A stretch of 64,000 nt of DNA from Malacoraja senta. Taxonomy: Eukaryota. Shown piece by piece: positions 39,470 to 54,270 of this stretch; position 1 is the stretch's first letter, and each line of letters begins with the position of its first letter. The notes beneath the pieces are model-generated. The model searched no databases. It was not told the DNA's origin and saw only the letters and a program-made list of their open reading frames with translations. The stretch spans positions 7,008,001 through 7,072,000 of the forward strand of contig CM075992.1 in assembly GCA_038087875.1 (NCBI GenBank), given 5' to 3'. A program made the translations under genes and the position numbers.

Positions 39470-41511
39470 TCACAAATGTTTATATGTCATACAACACCAC
39501 AGCAAGGGGGCACTGTACGTTCTTTTTGAGTCGCTGTGCATTTAGCATTTTCCCCTTCATCAGCAGATGATGAGAGAGCCCTATCCGAGACCAATACCTG
39601 CAATGACTAAGTTAACCCAACAGATCCTTCCATCTCTCCCATTCACCCTGATGTATAACGGATAGCAACCCCATCGAGTTGGGTTAATTTTGCCAGGGTG
39701 CTTCATGTCTGAATGGGTTATACTATGTTTGATTGCAAAACAATGGAGCAGAACATTTTAAAGCAATATTCCAATGTTGCACCCATCTCCACTTCTTCAC
39801 TCAGCTGAGCTGTACTTGAATCCTACAACTCCACAGGAAGAGTCAATTAATATCAGCCAGGACTTAAACGTGGGGTTCCTGGAATTGACACAAAAGAATT
39901 TTAAATGGAGCTCGAACTTCCATTGTTGTTTTGACAGGTCGTCTTATTGAGGCTTGGGAAGGTGACCGTGAGCCTGACTCATGCAGCAGCTCATTTAACA
40001 CATGGAAGAAAATGCTTGTGCACCACCTTGTGGCATGGCTTGGGATCTACAAGCCCAGAGGTGCGGCTTTTTAAATCTGTCCACAGTATTTTCTTTGTGT
40101 TGCACAGCACGAGTGCCAGTGAAGGTTCAGAATGCTGCACCAAGTTTCCGTATCTCTGGTTGCTGGCTTTGTCAAAAGTGTGCAGTCAAATTCATTCATT
40201 TGCCTGTATCAAAATCTGTAACACATCTATCTGCCCATCCTTCTCCTGAGGCAATTCCTGGGCATCGAGAAGACTTCCTCCCCGATGTTGGAAATGCAGA
40301 TTTTTCCACAGATGAGGTAGAAAGTGCAAGACAGGTGGGCAGGTATTTGTGAGGTGTTGCCGTTTACACTGGGCATCTGTGTTTTATTAACACACAGGTC
40401 ATTTACTCAAGGTGTAAGAAGGAACTGCAGATGCTGGTTTAAACCAAAGATACTCAAAAATCTGGATTAACTCAGCGGGACAGGGAGCATCTCTGAAAAA
40501 GGGTCTCGACCCGAATCGTCACCCACTCCTTTTCTCCAGAGATGCTGCCTGTCCCGCTGAGTTACTCCAGCTTTTTGTGTCTATCTTATTTACTCAAGAT
40601 TTGAGTAAAAAAATCTCCTTGCTCTCTCTCCTGTGGATTTCCTCCAAATCCCTGGATGTTTGACTTTCTAACCTTGTGTATCTGCTTTTGGTGGCTGTGC
40701 TGGTAATGCTTGCAACTGGCATGTTCTCCCCAATCTCTCCACTTCACTCTTTACCCGAAATGTTTCTTAAAACCTACATAATATCTCCTAACATGGTTTG
40801 GTATACAACTTTGTTTCGTGTCACTTCTCTAAAACAGCTTGAGGCCACATCAGTTTAAAATTGCTGTTCTGGCTAAAATCCCCTTGCTTAAAAATCGTGA
40901 GGTGTTCAAGAAACTGTACTAATTTGACTCTCCAATGCGCAGGCTAGTGCTGATCAAATATTGCGTGATTTAGGGAGAGCAATTTGGGGAAGTGGCAAAG
41001 GCATGGGTGAGGCTCTTTCCACAATTGTGTGAGAAGGTAAGGAGGGAAGCTCCACTTGCAAAGCACAGCAACCAACTCACAGGAAGCACTAACCAACACT
41101 AAAGGCAGACGTTCTCCTATCTTATTTTAATGTGAACTTTGGGAAGGGCAATGAAAGTGGAGAAAAGTAGATTGGTTGAGAATATCTTTAGTTGGAGGGT
41201 GGTCAATCTGTGGAATTCATTGCCACAGACGGGTCTTTTTAAGGCGGAGATTGGCACATAATTGATTGGTACTTGATTGGTGTCAGGGGTTATGGGGAGA
41301 AGGCAGGAGAATGGGATTGAAAGGGAAAAAATAGATCAGCGATGATTGAATGGCTCAATGTGCCGAATGGCCTACTTCTACTCCTATATCTTATGAACTT
41401 AATTTTCCAGCCCAGCCCTTACCGCTAAATATATTCAGCAAATTTGACAAACAGGTTTCACACACACACTCCATTTCCTAAAAAGGCAGCTACTGTGTGC
41501 ACGTCCAATAC

Positions 41512-41643
41512 CTGATTAGAGATTTTGTTGAAAGCATCCTGTAGTTTTCCGTGGATTGTTGCCAGTTTCTTACTATCCCGGTTGGCTTCATGAATTGGAA
41601 TCAGGATCTTGTAAACTTCATTCACAGCTTCGTACATCCCAGC
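41512..41643 (-). CDS. DOCK6: DOCK6 exon: [44 protein letters not shown]
   Basis: ccag / GTATTG, 132 nt. Confidence 0.94.
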
Positions 41644-43233
41644 CTGGCGGGGATAAAAGAAAATCAGCCGTTCAGTGTTGGGACTGCGCATCGGGATAGC
41701 GATTGCTGATTTTTTTTCCAACAGTGAGTTCATTTGGGAGTACAAGAGCCAATGGTATTCTCATTCTTAAAAACTGCATAACAGGACAGGCAAAAATTTG
41801 TGCTGGAGACAGTCTGCCAAGGTAGATCAGCATTACGTATCTACCTGACAGAGTCTACGTCTGAAGAAGGGTCTCGACCCGAAATATCACCTTTTCCTTT
41901 TCTCCAGAGATGCTGCCTGTGTTACTCCAGCGTTTTGTGCCTGTACTATGTATCTACCCCATGGTTCTAGAAAATGACATTCTGCCTAAAGAGATTACTG
42001 TTACAAGGAATACTTCCTTCACATGTTTATACATGAAGGATGTTTATATATCTTGAAAATCTAGGCTGGTAGTTTAGAAAGTACTCTCTGGGCAGAGGGC
42101 TTGTAGGTTCAGAAGTAACGATGTCAATAGGTAGCCGCATCAAACAGAAGGATGTAAGATTTTCCTACAAAGGAACAATCAGATTGGGCAGGAGAACAGG
42201 AGGAAGTGATGAATCAGGTAGGCTGGAAGTATCACCAAAGATGCCTGCTACTCTTGCTATTCTGTTTTCTCTCTTCCACCTTCTGGGAGAAGATACGGGT
42301 TTAAAAGCCCCGATGTACAGACTTAAGAGCATCTTCTTCCCCACTGCTATCAGACTCCTGAACCAATCACCTCTTTTAATGGTGCAATGGGACTTTATGG
42401 TCACTTGTGCCTAGGTAGTGCCATAGAGTCATTTAAAACATACAGCAAGAACACAGGCCTTTCTGCCCAACTCATCCATGCCAACCAAGATCCCCCATCT
42501 AAAGCTAGACCTCTTTGCCCCCCCCCATTTGGCCCATGAATTCATTTTACAACCATTCCCATAGGTGCTGCCATGTACTCTTCACTCTTAACTCCACCTC
42601 ATTCAGTTATTCTGCAATTGCACTTCAGGTTTTTTTTTGCACTACTTCAGATCACATTACAAACTTGCTGTTCTGAATTTGTCACTGTCATAGAGTGATG
42701 CAGTGTGGAATCAGGCCATTCGGCCCAACATGTCCCAGCGGCACTAGTCCCACCTGCCCACGCTTGGTCCATATCCCTCCAAACCTGTCCTATCCATGTA
42801 CCTGTCTAACTGTTTCTTAAACGTTGGGATAGTCCCTGCCTCAACTACCTCCTCTGGCAGTTCGTTCCATATACCCACCACCATGTGTGTGAAAAAGTTA
42901 CCCCTTAGATTCCTATTAAACCTTTTCCCCTTCACCTTAAACCCATGTCCTCTGGTCTTCTTGTCATTGTGTTTTTGTTGTGTTTACCATATAAGAATCA
43001 TATGAACTACAAACTTCATTGCACCTTGCTGTATAATACAATAAACAATTCTTCATCTGTTCTTATTGAGGGAAATGGAAGGAGTGAAGTACCAGACGCA
43101 GGAAGAGAGATAAAGATGGAGAAAATGCAAGACTCTACGACTATGATTCTAAGAGAAAAATAAAGTCACATTTACAGAATTAGCATAAAATTCCAAAACA
43201 AAAGGGGGAAAGAAGCAAACCATCTTAACGTAC

Positions 43234-43377
43234 CATCGTAAAGGATGCTGCTGCTTGTTCTAACAATCCTACCAGGCCAGCTTCTGTGAAATATTTCCCA
43301 GCACAAATTCCTTCTTCATCTGGAGAAAGAACGTCATCCGATACAGCCGATTCTTCAAGGACGTTTGATGATATATT
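43234..43377 (-). CDS. DOCK6: DOCK6 exon: [48 protein letters not shown]
   Basis: aag / GTACGT, 144 nt. Confidence 0.94.
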
Positions 43378-45099
43378 CTTTATGGAGAGAAGTATGTAAA
43401 ATTACAAATGCAATTTTTTTCCTGGGCTAAATTTAAACATGTTGAAGCATCTCACAGTCACCCACCATTTTAAATGATGGCCTTCCTCATTCTATTCTCT
43501 TCAGACTTAAGGTAATCTAAACTTTGATCCCAACCATACCATTCAGCCATCCCCATGTGGTAGCCCCCATCTAAACAATAGACAATAGGTGCAGGAGTAG
43601 GCCATTCGACTTTTCGAGCCAGCACCGCCATTAAATTGATCATGGCTGATCATCCCCAATCAGTACCCCGTTCCTGCCTTCTCCCCATATCCCCTGACTC
43701 CGCTATCTTTAAGAGCCCTATCTAGCTCTCTCTTGAAAGTATCCAGAGAACCGGCCTCCACCGCCCTCTGAGGCAGGCATGGAATTGAAAATCCTTAATC
43801 CAGTTTTCAAATTCCTCTGTGGTTTCTGTTTTCTTTCTCTACAAACTGCTTCAGCCTGAGAACGTTGAGCGTTGCTGAAATTAATCATTTCAATACTGAT
43901 GGTCTTCTCAGATGCCAAGCGCTGAATTCCTCTGTTTTTGTACATCTCTTTCCTTAGACATTTTAGGAGGGACCTTTCAAGTTGAAAACCTTTCCTCAAT
44001 TCTGACAAAGTTCTGAAACATTAGAGTTATTGTTTCTCTTCCTATAGATGCCGCTTGATCTGCTGCGTGTTTATAGCATTTTCTATTTTAAGTTTAGATT
44101 TCCAGCAACTGCAGCTTTTTGTTCTCCTTTGCTGTTGATTTTTCTTTGACCTGTGAAATACTGGGGATATTGAAAGTGTTATCTAACTGAAAGCTGTTCA
44201 TTGTTCGTGCTATATTAACCACCGCCTCCCAAAAGTTCACATTTATACCAGATATTCATCAGCTGTGTGGGCAGATCAGATTCTTTCATCAAAAAGCACA
44301 CAAAGCCTCAGCGATGACAACAGCACCTTACTGACAATATTACAGGCAAACCTCTTATGATCAGAGATTCTCAGCAGGTTGAAAGAAGATTAAAGTAGGC
44401 ACCAGAACTGTTTCAAATTAACAACACTTTGTCAGATCATGCAGTTCTGCTAAACATTATTCATCTAAAGCAGGTACTATTTAAGAAACATTTAGGCAGG
44501 TACCGGATAGGACAGGTTTAGAGGGATATGGGACAAACGCAGGCAGGTGGGACTTGCGTAGATGGGACATGTTAGTCGGCGTGGGCAAGTTGGGCTGAAG
44601 AGCCTGTTTCTACTCTGTATGACTCTAGGACTCCAGAACAATGTCTGTTTTTTCCCCATTGCAGAGATCCTCCAGCAGTGTGCTCTTTTTAATTCAAGCT
44701 TTCAGCATCTGCAGTTTTGCTCTAAATTCTCTTTGCAGGACCAAACATGGGTAAATAGGACCACATTAGATGGGGTTTCTTGGTTGGAAGGGACGAGTTG
44801 GGATGTCGGACTTGTTTCCGTGCTGCATGACTATGGTTATGGGGAGAAGGAAGGATAATGGGGTGAGGAGGGAGAGATAGATCAGCCATGATTGAATGGA
44901 GTAGACTTGATGGGCTGAATGGCCTTATTATACTCCTATTCCTTATGATCTTATGACCCCACATCTCTCTACATACTTTATCGTTGATGCCAATATGGAC
45001 CACGACCTCTGGCCACTCACCCTCCCCTGTCCTGGCCGACTCGTTCACCCTGGTACCTGGAATGCTGCTCGCTGCTCATTGTCACTGTGCCACTAGCTA

Positions 45100-45318
<219 letters not shown>

Positions 45319-45418
45319 TTAAGGCACAGGCGTTGGCTTAAAGAGCACGTGTTTGGGCTTGGAGAACAGCAAATGCGCGGGTCACAAGGTACGAAATGGG
45401 ACATAAAGATGTGCTGAC

Positions 45419-45519
45419 CTGTACATTAGATCCATCAACATTTCAGGATCCTCCTGGTGCTCCTTCATCTTCACTGTGTCTGTGAGGATCATGTGCAGAT
45501 TGAACACCAGGTCTTGGAC
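45419..45519 (-). CDS. DOCK6: DOCK6 exon: [34 protein letters not shown]
   Basis: ccag / GTCAGC, 101 nt phase 0-2. Confidence 0.94.
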
Positions 45520-46593
45520 CTGGACAGGAAAGGAATAGCACATCAAATCACAACAACATGGACAAACAAAAAAGCCAAGGGGAAGAACATTTTAGACTTT
45601 CTTCCATCAAAATAAAAGTATGCCCTAAATTTGCAGTCGAGAGAGTACTATTTAGTTGGGAATTGCTATTTTGCAATCACCTATTTAGGGCGGCATGGTG
45701 GCACAGCAGCAGAGTTGCTGCCTTACAGCCCTTGCACGCCAGAGACTCGGGTTCGATCCAGACTATCGGAGCTGTCTGTGTGGAGTTTGTACATTCTCCC
45801 ATGACCGCGTGGGTTTTCTCCGAGATCTTCGGTTTCCTCCCTCATTCCAAAGACGCATAGGTTTGTAGGTTAATTGGCTTGGTATAACTGTAAGTTGTCA
45901 TTAGTGTATGTAGGATAGTGTTGGTGTGGGGATAGCTGGCCGCTGCGGACTCAGTGGGCCGAAGGGTCTTTTTCTACGCTGTATCTCTAAACTAAACTTC
46001 AGATTAGACTTCAAAGCCATGTCCCTGACTGCTGAATACATATTTTTCTCACTTCACTTCTGGGACAAAACACTTCACTCAGTTAAGTCCCATTTGGGGA
46101 AATCACTTCAGATAAGAAAAACTATGTTTGAAAAAAATATATGATCTACCTTAACAAGCATACCAAAACCATGGAAGAGCACAATCATAGTTTAGAATGA
46201 ACGCTTTAGAAGAGGTGAAGCCAGAGCGCTATTACTAGGTAGAATCTCAAAGTATAAATTCAAGCAAAATATTCACAAATTAAAAATTGTCAGGATGTTC
46301 TTCATGGAAAGAATGATTACTATTTGGGGCAAAATGGCAGATGAAAGATGCAGAAGGAAGTTGAGGTCTCTCTTTTTTAATGGATGAAATCAAAATGGGT
46401 TAACATGCTCACTTAATCAAATTCATTTTTTTCCATAATTTTATAGATGTCAAAATTAGTTGTATAAGTAATGTTTGAACTGATGCTTAGTCATTTGCCA
46501 GAATGGCCAGAGAGTTGTTCAATGGTGCTTGCTAATTCTCAGGCCATTACTGGCAACTTCCTTCATTTGAAGTAAATCTTTAGGTCCATATTA

Positions 46594-46845
<252 letters not shown>

Positions 46846-47761
46846 TTAGAGGCAAACTCCCAGTAAGTATTATGCTACAGTGGGTGCACGTTCAATCACT
46901 AAGAGTGGATGATCAGGTTAGTTTCTTCTATTAGCACTACAATTTGGGCGATATTTTTCTGCTCTTACCAGAACAATGGTCTCTGCTGTAGAATAAATAT
47001 TGCTTAAGACCTCATCGGCGGCCTCTGTATGACAAAACAGGGCAATGATGAACCATCAGTGGAGACAGTGAGGTGACCAGTGAGCTGAGCTAACTCTAAG
47101 ATATCACTGGATCCTTAAGACTAATGGGACTACAGGTTCGCACTCGAACCTCCTCCTGACTCAAAGTGATGGATTCATTTGTTTAATGCGTCCAGATAAG
47201 TTCATAAATTTACCAGGGATCAGAAAAAAATAGTTTTTAAATACATTGCACCATCGGATCACCCACTCAATTTCTGCTGATCACCACATGACACAAGGGG
47301 GACGAGGTTGGATAAAGGACATGTCGGGGCTTGGCTCCTACCCAACAATGACCCAAAAATAATTTGCGTTGAAAAGCAAAAAAATGTACACATTAGAAAT
47401 CTGATACAAAAGCAGGAAATAGTTTGCAGATAAGGCAGCATCTGTGGTGAGAGAAACTGAATTAATGTTTCAGGTCTTCAGAACTACAATCATGCAACTC
47501 TCAGTTATAAAATGTGCAAGGTTATGTACACACACATTCAAGCTCTTCTGTTAACAATGGAGTGCAGGCAAATTTGCCTTGAGCACTTCCCTGAAATCAA
47601 ACAATTCCACAAAACGAGTGACAGATCAATAGATTGGACAGATTATTAAATATATTCATGCGGTGATTGCTGGTCGGCGTGGTCTCAGTGGACCGGAGTG
47701 CCTGCTTCCACGCTGTATCTCTAAAGTCTGAAAGTCTAAAATTACCAGGGAATTCGATATA

Positions 47762-49378
47762 CAGTGGCTTGCAAAAGTATTCATACCCCTTGAGCTTTTC
47801 CACATTTTGTCACGTTACAACCACAAACGTAAATGTATTTTATTGGGATTTTATGTGATAGACCAACACAAAGTGGCGCATAATTGTGAAGTGGAAGGAA
47901 AATGATACATGGTTTTCAAATTTTTTTACAAATAAAAAACTGAAAAGTGTCGCGTGCAAAAGTATTCAGCCCCCTTTACTCTGATACCCCTAAATAAAAT
48001 CCAGTGCAACCAATTCCCTTCAGAAGTCACCTAATTAGTAAATAGAGTCCACTTGTGTGTAATCTAATCTCAGTATAAATACAGCTATTGGGTGAAGGCC
48101 TCAGAGGCTTGTTAGAGAACATTAGTGAACAAACAGCATCACGAAGCCCAAGGAACACACCAGACAGGTCAGGGATAAAGTTGTAGAGAAGTTTAAAGCA
48201 GGGTTAGGTTATAAAAAAATATCCCAAGCTTTGAACATCTCACGGAGCACTGTTCAATCCATCATCCGAAAATGGAAAGAGTATGGCACAACTGCAAACC
48301 TACCAAGACATGGCCGTCCACCTAAACTGACAGGCCGGGCAAGGAGAGCATTGATCAGATAAGCAGCCATGCGGCCCATGGTAACTCTGGAGGAGCTGCA
48401 GAGATCCACAGCTCAGGTGGGAGAATCTGTCTACAGGACAACTATTAGTCGTGCACTCCACAAATCGGGCCTTTATGGAAGAGTGGCAAGAAGAAAGCCA
48501 TTGTTGAAAAAAAGCCATAAGAAGTCCCGTTTGCAGTTTGCCACAAGCCATGTGGGGGACACAGCAAACATGTGGAGGAAGGTGCTCTGGTCAGATGAGA
48601 CCAAAATTAAAGTTTTTGACCTAAATGCAAAACGCTATGTGTGGCGGACACCTAACACTGCACATCACCCTGAACACACCATCCCCACTGTGAAACATGG
48701 TGGTGGCAGCATCATGCTGTGGGGATGCTTTTCTTCAGCAGGGACAGGGAAGCTGGTCAGAGTTGATGGGAAGATGGATGGAGCCAAATACAGGGCAATC
48801 TTGGAAGAAAACCTGTTAGAGTCTGCAAAAGACTTGAGACTGGGGCGGAGGTTCACCTTCTAGCAGGACAACAACCCTAAACATACAGCCAGAGCTACAA
48901 TGGAATGGTTTAGATCAAAGCATATTCATGTGTTAGAATGGCCCAGTCAAAGTCCAAACCTAAATCCAATTGAGAATCTCTGGCAAGACTTGAAAATTGC
49001 TGCTCACAGACGCTCTCCATCCAATCTGACTGAGCTTGAGCTATTTTGCAAAGAAGAATGGGCAAAAATTTCAGTCTCTAGATGTGCAAAGCTGGTAGAG
49101 ACATACCCCAAAAGACTTGCAGCTGTAATTGAAGCGAAAGATGGTTCTACAAAGTATTGACTCAGGGGGGCTGAATACTTTTGCATGTGACACTTTTCAG
49201 TTTTTTATTTGTAAAAAAATTTGAAAACCATGTATCATTTTCCTTCCACTTCACAATTATGCACCACTTTGTGTTGGTCTATCACATAAAATCCCAATAA
49301 AATACATTTACGTTTGTGGTTGTAACGTGACAAAATGTGGAAAAGTTCAAGGGGTATGACAACTTTTGCAAGCCACTG
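47762..49378 (+). mobile_element. Full-length Tc1/mariner IR/DR DNA transposon, Passport-like
   Basis: TA TSDs at 47760-61 and 49379-80; ~213-bp inverted repeats with inner/outer DRs (tgcaaaagtattca); internal transposase. Confidence 0.95.
48141..49160 (+). pseudogene. DD34E Tc1 transposase, 339 codons, no frameshift; ACG in place of ATG, stops at 48360 and 48861
   Basis: GRPPKL, WSDETK, QDN and [11 protein letters not shown] motifs all in one frame. Confidence 0.92.
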
Positions 49379-50430
49379 TAGAAGTAGGGAGGTGGAGACA
49401 AAAAAGCTGGAGTAACTCAGTGGGACAGGCAGCATCTCTGGCGAGAAGGAATGGGTGACGTTTTGGGTCGAGACCCTTCCTCAGCCTGAAGTATTTTTAC
49501 ACAGAGAGCGGTTGGTGCCTGGAATGCACTGGGTGGTGGAGGCAGATAGGGGAGTGGTCTTTAAAACACTTTTAAATGGTCAAATGTCTTTGCAAATGTA
49601 TAGACAAGAAATGTAGAAGGTCTCGACCCGAAGCTTCACCCAATCCTTCTCTCCAGAGATGCCGCCTCTCCCGCTGAGTTACTCCAGCATTTTGTGTCTA
49701 CCTTCGATTTAAACCAGCATCTGCAGTTCTTTCCCACACATAGTAGGGAGGATATGCTTCAGTTCTATAAAGCTTCGGTGGGATCACATCTGTAGTACTG
49801 TGTATAGGAGTGGTCTCTTTATTTAAGGAAGGATGTTAATATGTTGCCAACAATTCAGCAATTGTTTGCGAGACTAATATCTGGAATGGCTGGGTTGCCT
49901 CAAGAGAAAATGTTGGAAAGGCAATTCATTCAGAAGAGTGAGTGGGGTTTAATTGACACATGCAAGACCTTGGATGTAAAAATTGAATTTCTCCTTGCCA
50001 ATGGTGCTATTTCTAGGGGTGAGTATGTCATTTTACATGCAGACAATGTTCTTTCAGTATCACATATTAATGGTTTAACATATAACATATTAACGCCGCC
50101 GGCTACGGGAGTCAAGATCGTCCCGTCAACGGGGGCTCGAGGCCCCCGACCGCGGGAGAGCAAAGGGAAGAGATTGAACTTTTATTCGCCTTCCATCACA
50201 GTGAAGAATGTGGAGGCGTCTCTGTGATGGATGTTTATGTTAAAATGTGTTTTGTGTGTTCTGTTGCTTTTTCTTGTACGACTGACTTGGCAAAAGAAAT
50301 TCCTCGTATGTTGCAAAACATACTTGGCTAATAAAGTATTATCGTGATTGTGATTTATTTGGATCACCTTCGAATTATAACGAGTTGCTGCCCTCCCATA
50401 TTCAACACCGAAAGCAATTGATGTACTTAC

Positions 50431-50583
50431 ATTGCCAATCTCAAAGTTCTGCCTCATCAGGAGGTAGAGTGAAGCGCTGGCATGGGACCGGATGGTGCCC
50501 ACACAGCTGCTGCAGTGTCGAAGGAGCCGCAAACACAGGTCAGCACAGAGCTCAGTGTCCTCCTCAAACAGCATTTCGGGAAA
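50431..50583 (-). CDS. DOCK6: DOCK6 exon: [24 protein letters not shown]...[10 protein letters not shown]
   Basis: cag / GTAAGT, 153 nt. Confidence 0.94.
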
Positions 50584-50744
50584 CTGTGCAAAGGCATTCA
50601 AAAGACAAATCAAACAGCAGATCACCTCACCATTTTCTGACACAGTACTGACTTAGAACATAGAACAAAATAGCAGAGGAACGGCCCTTTGACATACAAT
50701 GTCCATGCCAAACATGATGCCAGCTTAAACAAATGTCTTCCTAA

Positions 50745-51072
50745 TAGCCCTGTCCCATGGTACGAGTTCATTCCAAGAGCTCTCCCGCGTTTAAAAAAAA
50801 TCAAGCTCGTGGTAAGCATGGAGAATGAAGTACTTATCCGTCGGAGCTCGGGGACGTCTCTTAGCGGCTCGTACCACTAACGGCAGGTACACGGGAAGAC
50901 TCGCTAACGGCAGGTAAGCACGGGAAGACTCGTGAAGATTTTTGAACATGTTGCAAAATGTCCACGAGAGCCCCGAGTACCGACGAGTGGCCATTACCGT
51001 AAATCTCCGAGTTCGAATCAGGGCAAACTCGGGAAAGCTCTTGGAATGAACTCGTACTGTGGGACAGGGCTT
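50745..51072. mobile_element. PIF/Harbinger-type MITE, inverted copy of the 23126 element
   Basis: Same TIRs and internal sequence; TAA TSD. Confidence 0.85.
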
Positions 51073-51697
51073 TAAGGTAAACACAAAATGCTGGAGTAAC
51101 TCAGCGGATGAGGCAGCATCTATGGAGAGAAGGAATGGGTGACGTTTCGGCTCTTGACTCTCCATATAGCTAAAACCTTCTAACCTAATGCAACAACACA
51201 GTGCTTTAATGCCAGAATAGGAATGAATTTCAGCAGCTATCAGTGAAAATATCTTACATTTTAAAAATATCTCCAAAAAATAGTAATTTGTTTTAAACAA
51301 ATAAGTTAACAGTTAGGATTAGAAGCCATAATACAGAATTTACATCATAAATTCTGTGGGGGGGGGGGGGGGGGGGGAGTGGAGGTAGAAAAGGCCAGAA
51401 TATAGCAGGGTCGGCAACAGACGACCAAGTAAGATTGAAGCCCACAATGGCCCATTGTTGGCTGGGGAAGATATGATAACAAGGGAATACAAGGATAGGA
51501 ACAGTGCAACTAGTTGGACAACTGGGGTGGTGGAGGGGGATAGAGAGGGAAACCAGGGATTACTTAAAATTAAGAGAAATCAATGTTCATGCCGCTGGGT
51601 TGAAAACTGGCCAAGTGAAATACAAGGTGTTGTTCCTCCAATTTAAAGTTAAAGCAGTTGTACATAAAGTTTAACACAAGTGAGCCTTGCTACGTAC

Positions 51698-51832
51698 CTT
51701 GAAGACGAGTGCCCGTTGGGTGGCAAAGCAGTGTTGCAGGAAGAGGGCACTCTGGTTACAAGCCATGCTGTGCAAAATGACCTTCAACACTCCCGTCAGC
51801 ACACTTTCTTTAGATTCCGACACCATGACTGT
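51698..51832 (-). CDS. DOCK6: DOCK6 exon: [45 protein letters not shown]
   Basis: ttgcag / GTACGT, 135 nt. Confidence 0.93.
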
Positions 51833-52787
51833 CTGCAAAATAGTACAATCAATGTGAGAGACAGTCTAAACTTGAAAAGCCTATTTCCTTCGCTCGATAG
51901 ATGCTGCTGCACCCGCTGAGTTTCTCCAGCACTTTTGTCTACCTAAACTTGAATTATCTCGTTTCAGCCAAACTGCAATATTTCATTTATTTTAGACAAT
52001 TATTTCTATGTCATTCAGTCACAGATTATTTACCTATCCCAAATTCTTTGTCATCAACCCAGCTTATTACACTTGGATTTATGGCGGCACGATGGCACAG
52101 CGTTAGAGTTGCTGCGTTAGGGTTGCTGCCTTACAGCGCCAGAGACCCGGGTTCAATGTTGACTACGGGTGCTGTCTATATGGAGTTTGTACATTCCTCC
52201 CGTGACCTGCGTGGGTTTTCTCTGGGATCTCCAGTTTCCTCCCACACTCCAAACACGTACAGGTTTGCAGGCTAATTGGCTTGGTATAATTGCAAATTGT
52301 CCCTAGTGCGTATAAGATAGTGTCAATGTGCGGGGATCGCTGGTCAGCGTGGACTCGGTGGGCCGAAGGGCTTATTTCCGTGCTGTATCTCTAAACTTAA
52401 TCGATGCTCTTGATTTATTCTTGCTCATGGCATGGTACGTGGGAACCATTCCTTACTCCTTTCAGACACAGAGCACAGGCTCCTGATCCCGTGATACAGC
52501 AGATTCACTTCAGACTACAATGCTTTCGATTCAAAACATCAACTGCTTTTGAACTCCAACACATCCTAAAAATGACTCAGCATATCTAATTGCATAAAAA
52601 AACCAGATTGTGTCTGTAATTCCAACATTGTAGGTTTTCCACTGACTTTATGAGACATAAAACTGAGATTATTCTCAGCTCCACGTTAGTCTCATGTAAC
52701 TGAAGCACCTCAGATTCAGACGAATGACAGAAGGTAATTGTGCCCATACTATTAGCAATTGCAGTTCTCACTCACCCTACAGCTTAC

Positions 52788-52884
52788 CTGCACAATGATT
52801 TCAAGTATGTCCAAAATCACCAGGTTTGACTCAGTAACCAAGTTCCCGTCCACCAAGGCGTCATGTTCAATTTCAGACTTTGTC
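52788..52884 (-). CDS. DOCK6: DOCK6 exon: [32 protein letters not shown]
   Basis: ctttag / GTAAGC, 97 nt phase 2-0. Confidence 0.92.
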
Positions 52885-53144
52885 CTAAAGTGAGAAAGAG
52901 AGAGTGAGAGAGAGTGTGGGGGGGGGGGGGGGGGGGGGAGGAGAGAGGGAGGAGTGGGGGGGAGGAGAGGGGAGTGGGATTGAGGGAGATAAGCGAAAGA
53001 GGAGATAGATTAAAGTCTATTTTGTTCAGTCCATCCAATTAAAACTGGAATGTAAAAGCGAACAGGGGGATTATACTGTATGGGATGAGAAGCAGATAGC
53101 TTCTCCAGATACAACAACCCAAATCTCAAGAGACTGCCACCTAC

Positions 53145-53229
53145 TTGTCAACCTTATCAGCATTCTGTCTCCAGTGGGTGATGTTCTTCCTCCAGCGAAC
53201 ATTTTCTTGGTTTCCAAAAGGACTCCTCT
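53145..53229 (-). CDS. DOCK6: DOCK6 exon: [29 protein letters not shown]
   Basis: tag / GTAGGT, 85 nt phase 1-2; ERSPFGN is DOCK6-type (DOCK7 has ERSPSGSAFG). Confidence 0.92.
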
Positions 53230-53399
53230 CTACAACAGATTGGAAAACAATAGATCTGGTTCAATTGCCCCATCGACTGCTCTCTCTATTGATCAGTAAC
53301 TGAACAGATTCAACGCTCAAAGGTCCATGATAATTATGGTCATGTGTTTTACTTTCCACTATTCCACCATTTAAAATCCCTTCAGAAAAGATCAGGCCG

Positions 53400-54270
53400 C
53401 ACAGTGTTCTCCCTCATGTTGATACACTGCCGTAGTGCAAAGGGCTTGGATGAACTTGCACAGGTTGTTTGCAGGTTGAGGGATGGGAAGCAAGTGGGAA
53501 GCTTTTAAGTGAGATAGGGAGAATTCAGGGACAGCATGTTCCCATTAAAGTGAAGGATAAACTGGCAGCATTAGGGAACCGTGGTTGATGAGAGATATTG
53601 AGGTACTGGTCAGGAAAAAGTCCCTTAACAGGCCGTATAAGCAAAGTAGGAATGCACATAATAGGGAAACCTGGAGGGCAGAAAGAGGACAATTTTGAAG
53701 ATAAAGTAAAGGAGAATCCCAAGAGATTTTACACATATATTAAGAGCAAAAGGGTAGCTGGAGAGGGGGGCGGGGGGGGGGGGGGTCTGGCTGGTGGAGG
53801 AGGTTTACAAGAATTATCCCAGGAATGAGTAGGTTAACCTATAATGAGCGTTTGTCTGCCCTGGGCCTGTACTCGCTGGTGTTTAGAAGATTGAGGGGGG
53901 GAAACATACAGAATGGTAAAAGGCTTGGATAGAGTGGATGTGGAGAGGATGTTTACACTAGTGGGAGAGTCTAGGACTAGAGGTCAAAGCCTCAGAATTA
54001 TAGGACGCTCTTTTAGGAAGGAGATGGGGAGACATTTATTTAGTCAGAGGGTGGCGAATCAGTGGAATTCTTTGCCACAGAAGGCTGTGGAGGCCAAGTG
54101 AATGGATATTTTTAAGGCAGAGATAGATTTTTGATTAGTACAGGTGTCAGAGATTATGGGGAGAAGGCAGGAGAATGGGAATTGGGAGGGAGAGATAGAT
54201 CATCTATGATGGAATGGCGGAGTAGATGGGCCAAATGGCCTGATTCTATTCCTATCAATTGTGACCTTAT
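53400..54270 (+). mobile_element. Degenerate CR1-type LINE fragments
   Basis: KENPKRFYTYIKSKR and RTRGQSL motifs; CR1 3' UTR. Other CR1 pieces at ~7920-8260, 18143-18356, 18980-19420, 20180-20430, 21385-21750, 22798-23050, 23865-24565, 37740-37915, 41180-41400, 42690-42957, 43575-43775. Confidence 0.8.
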
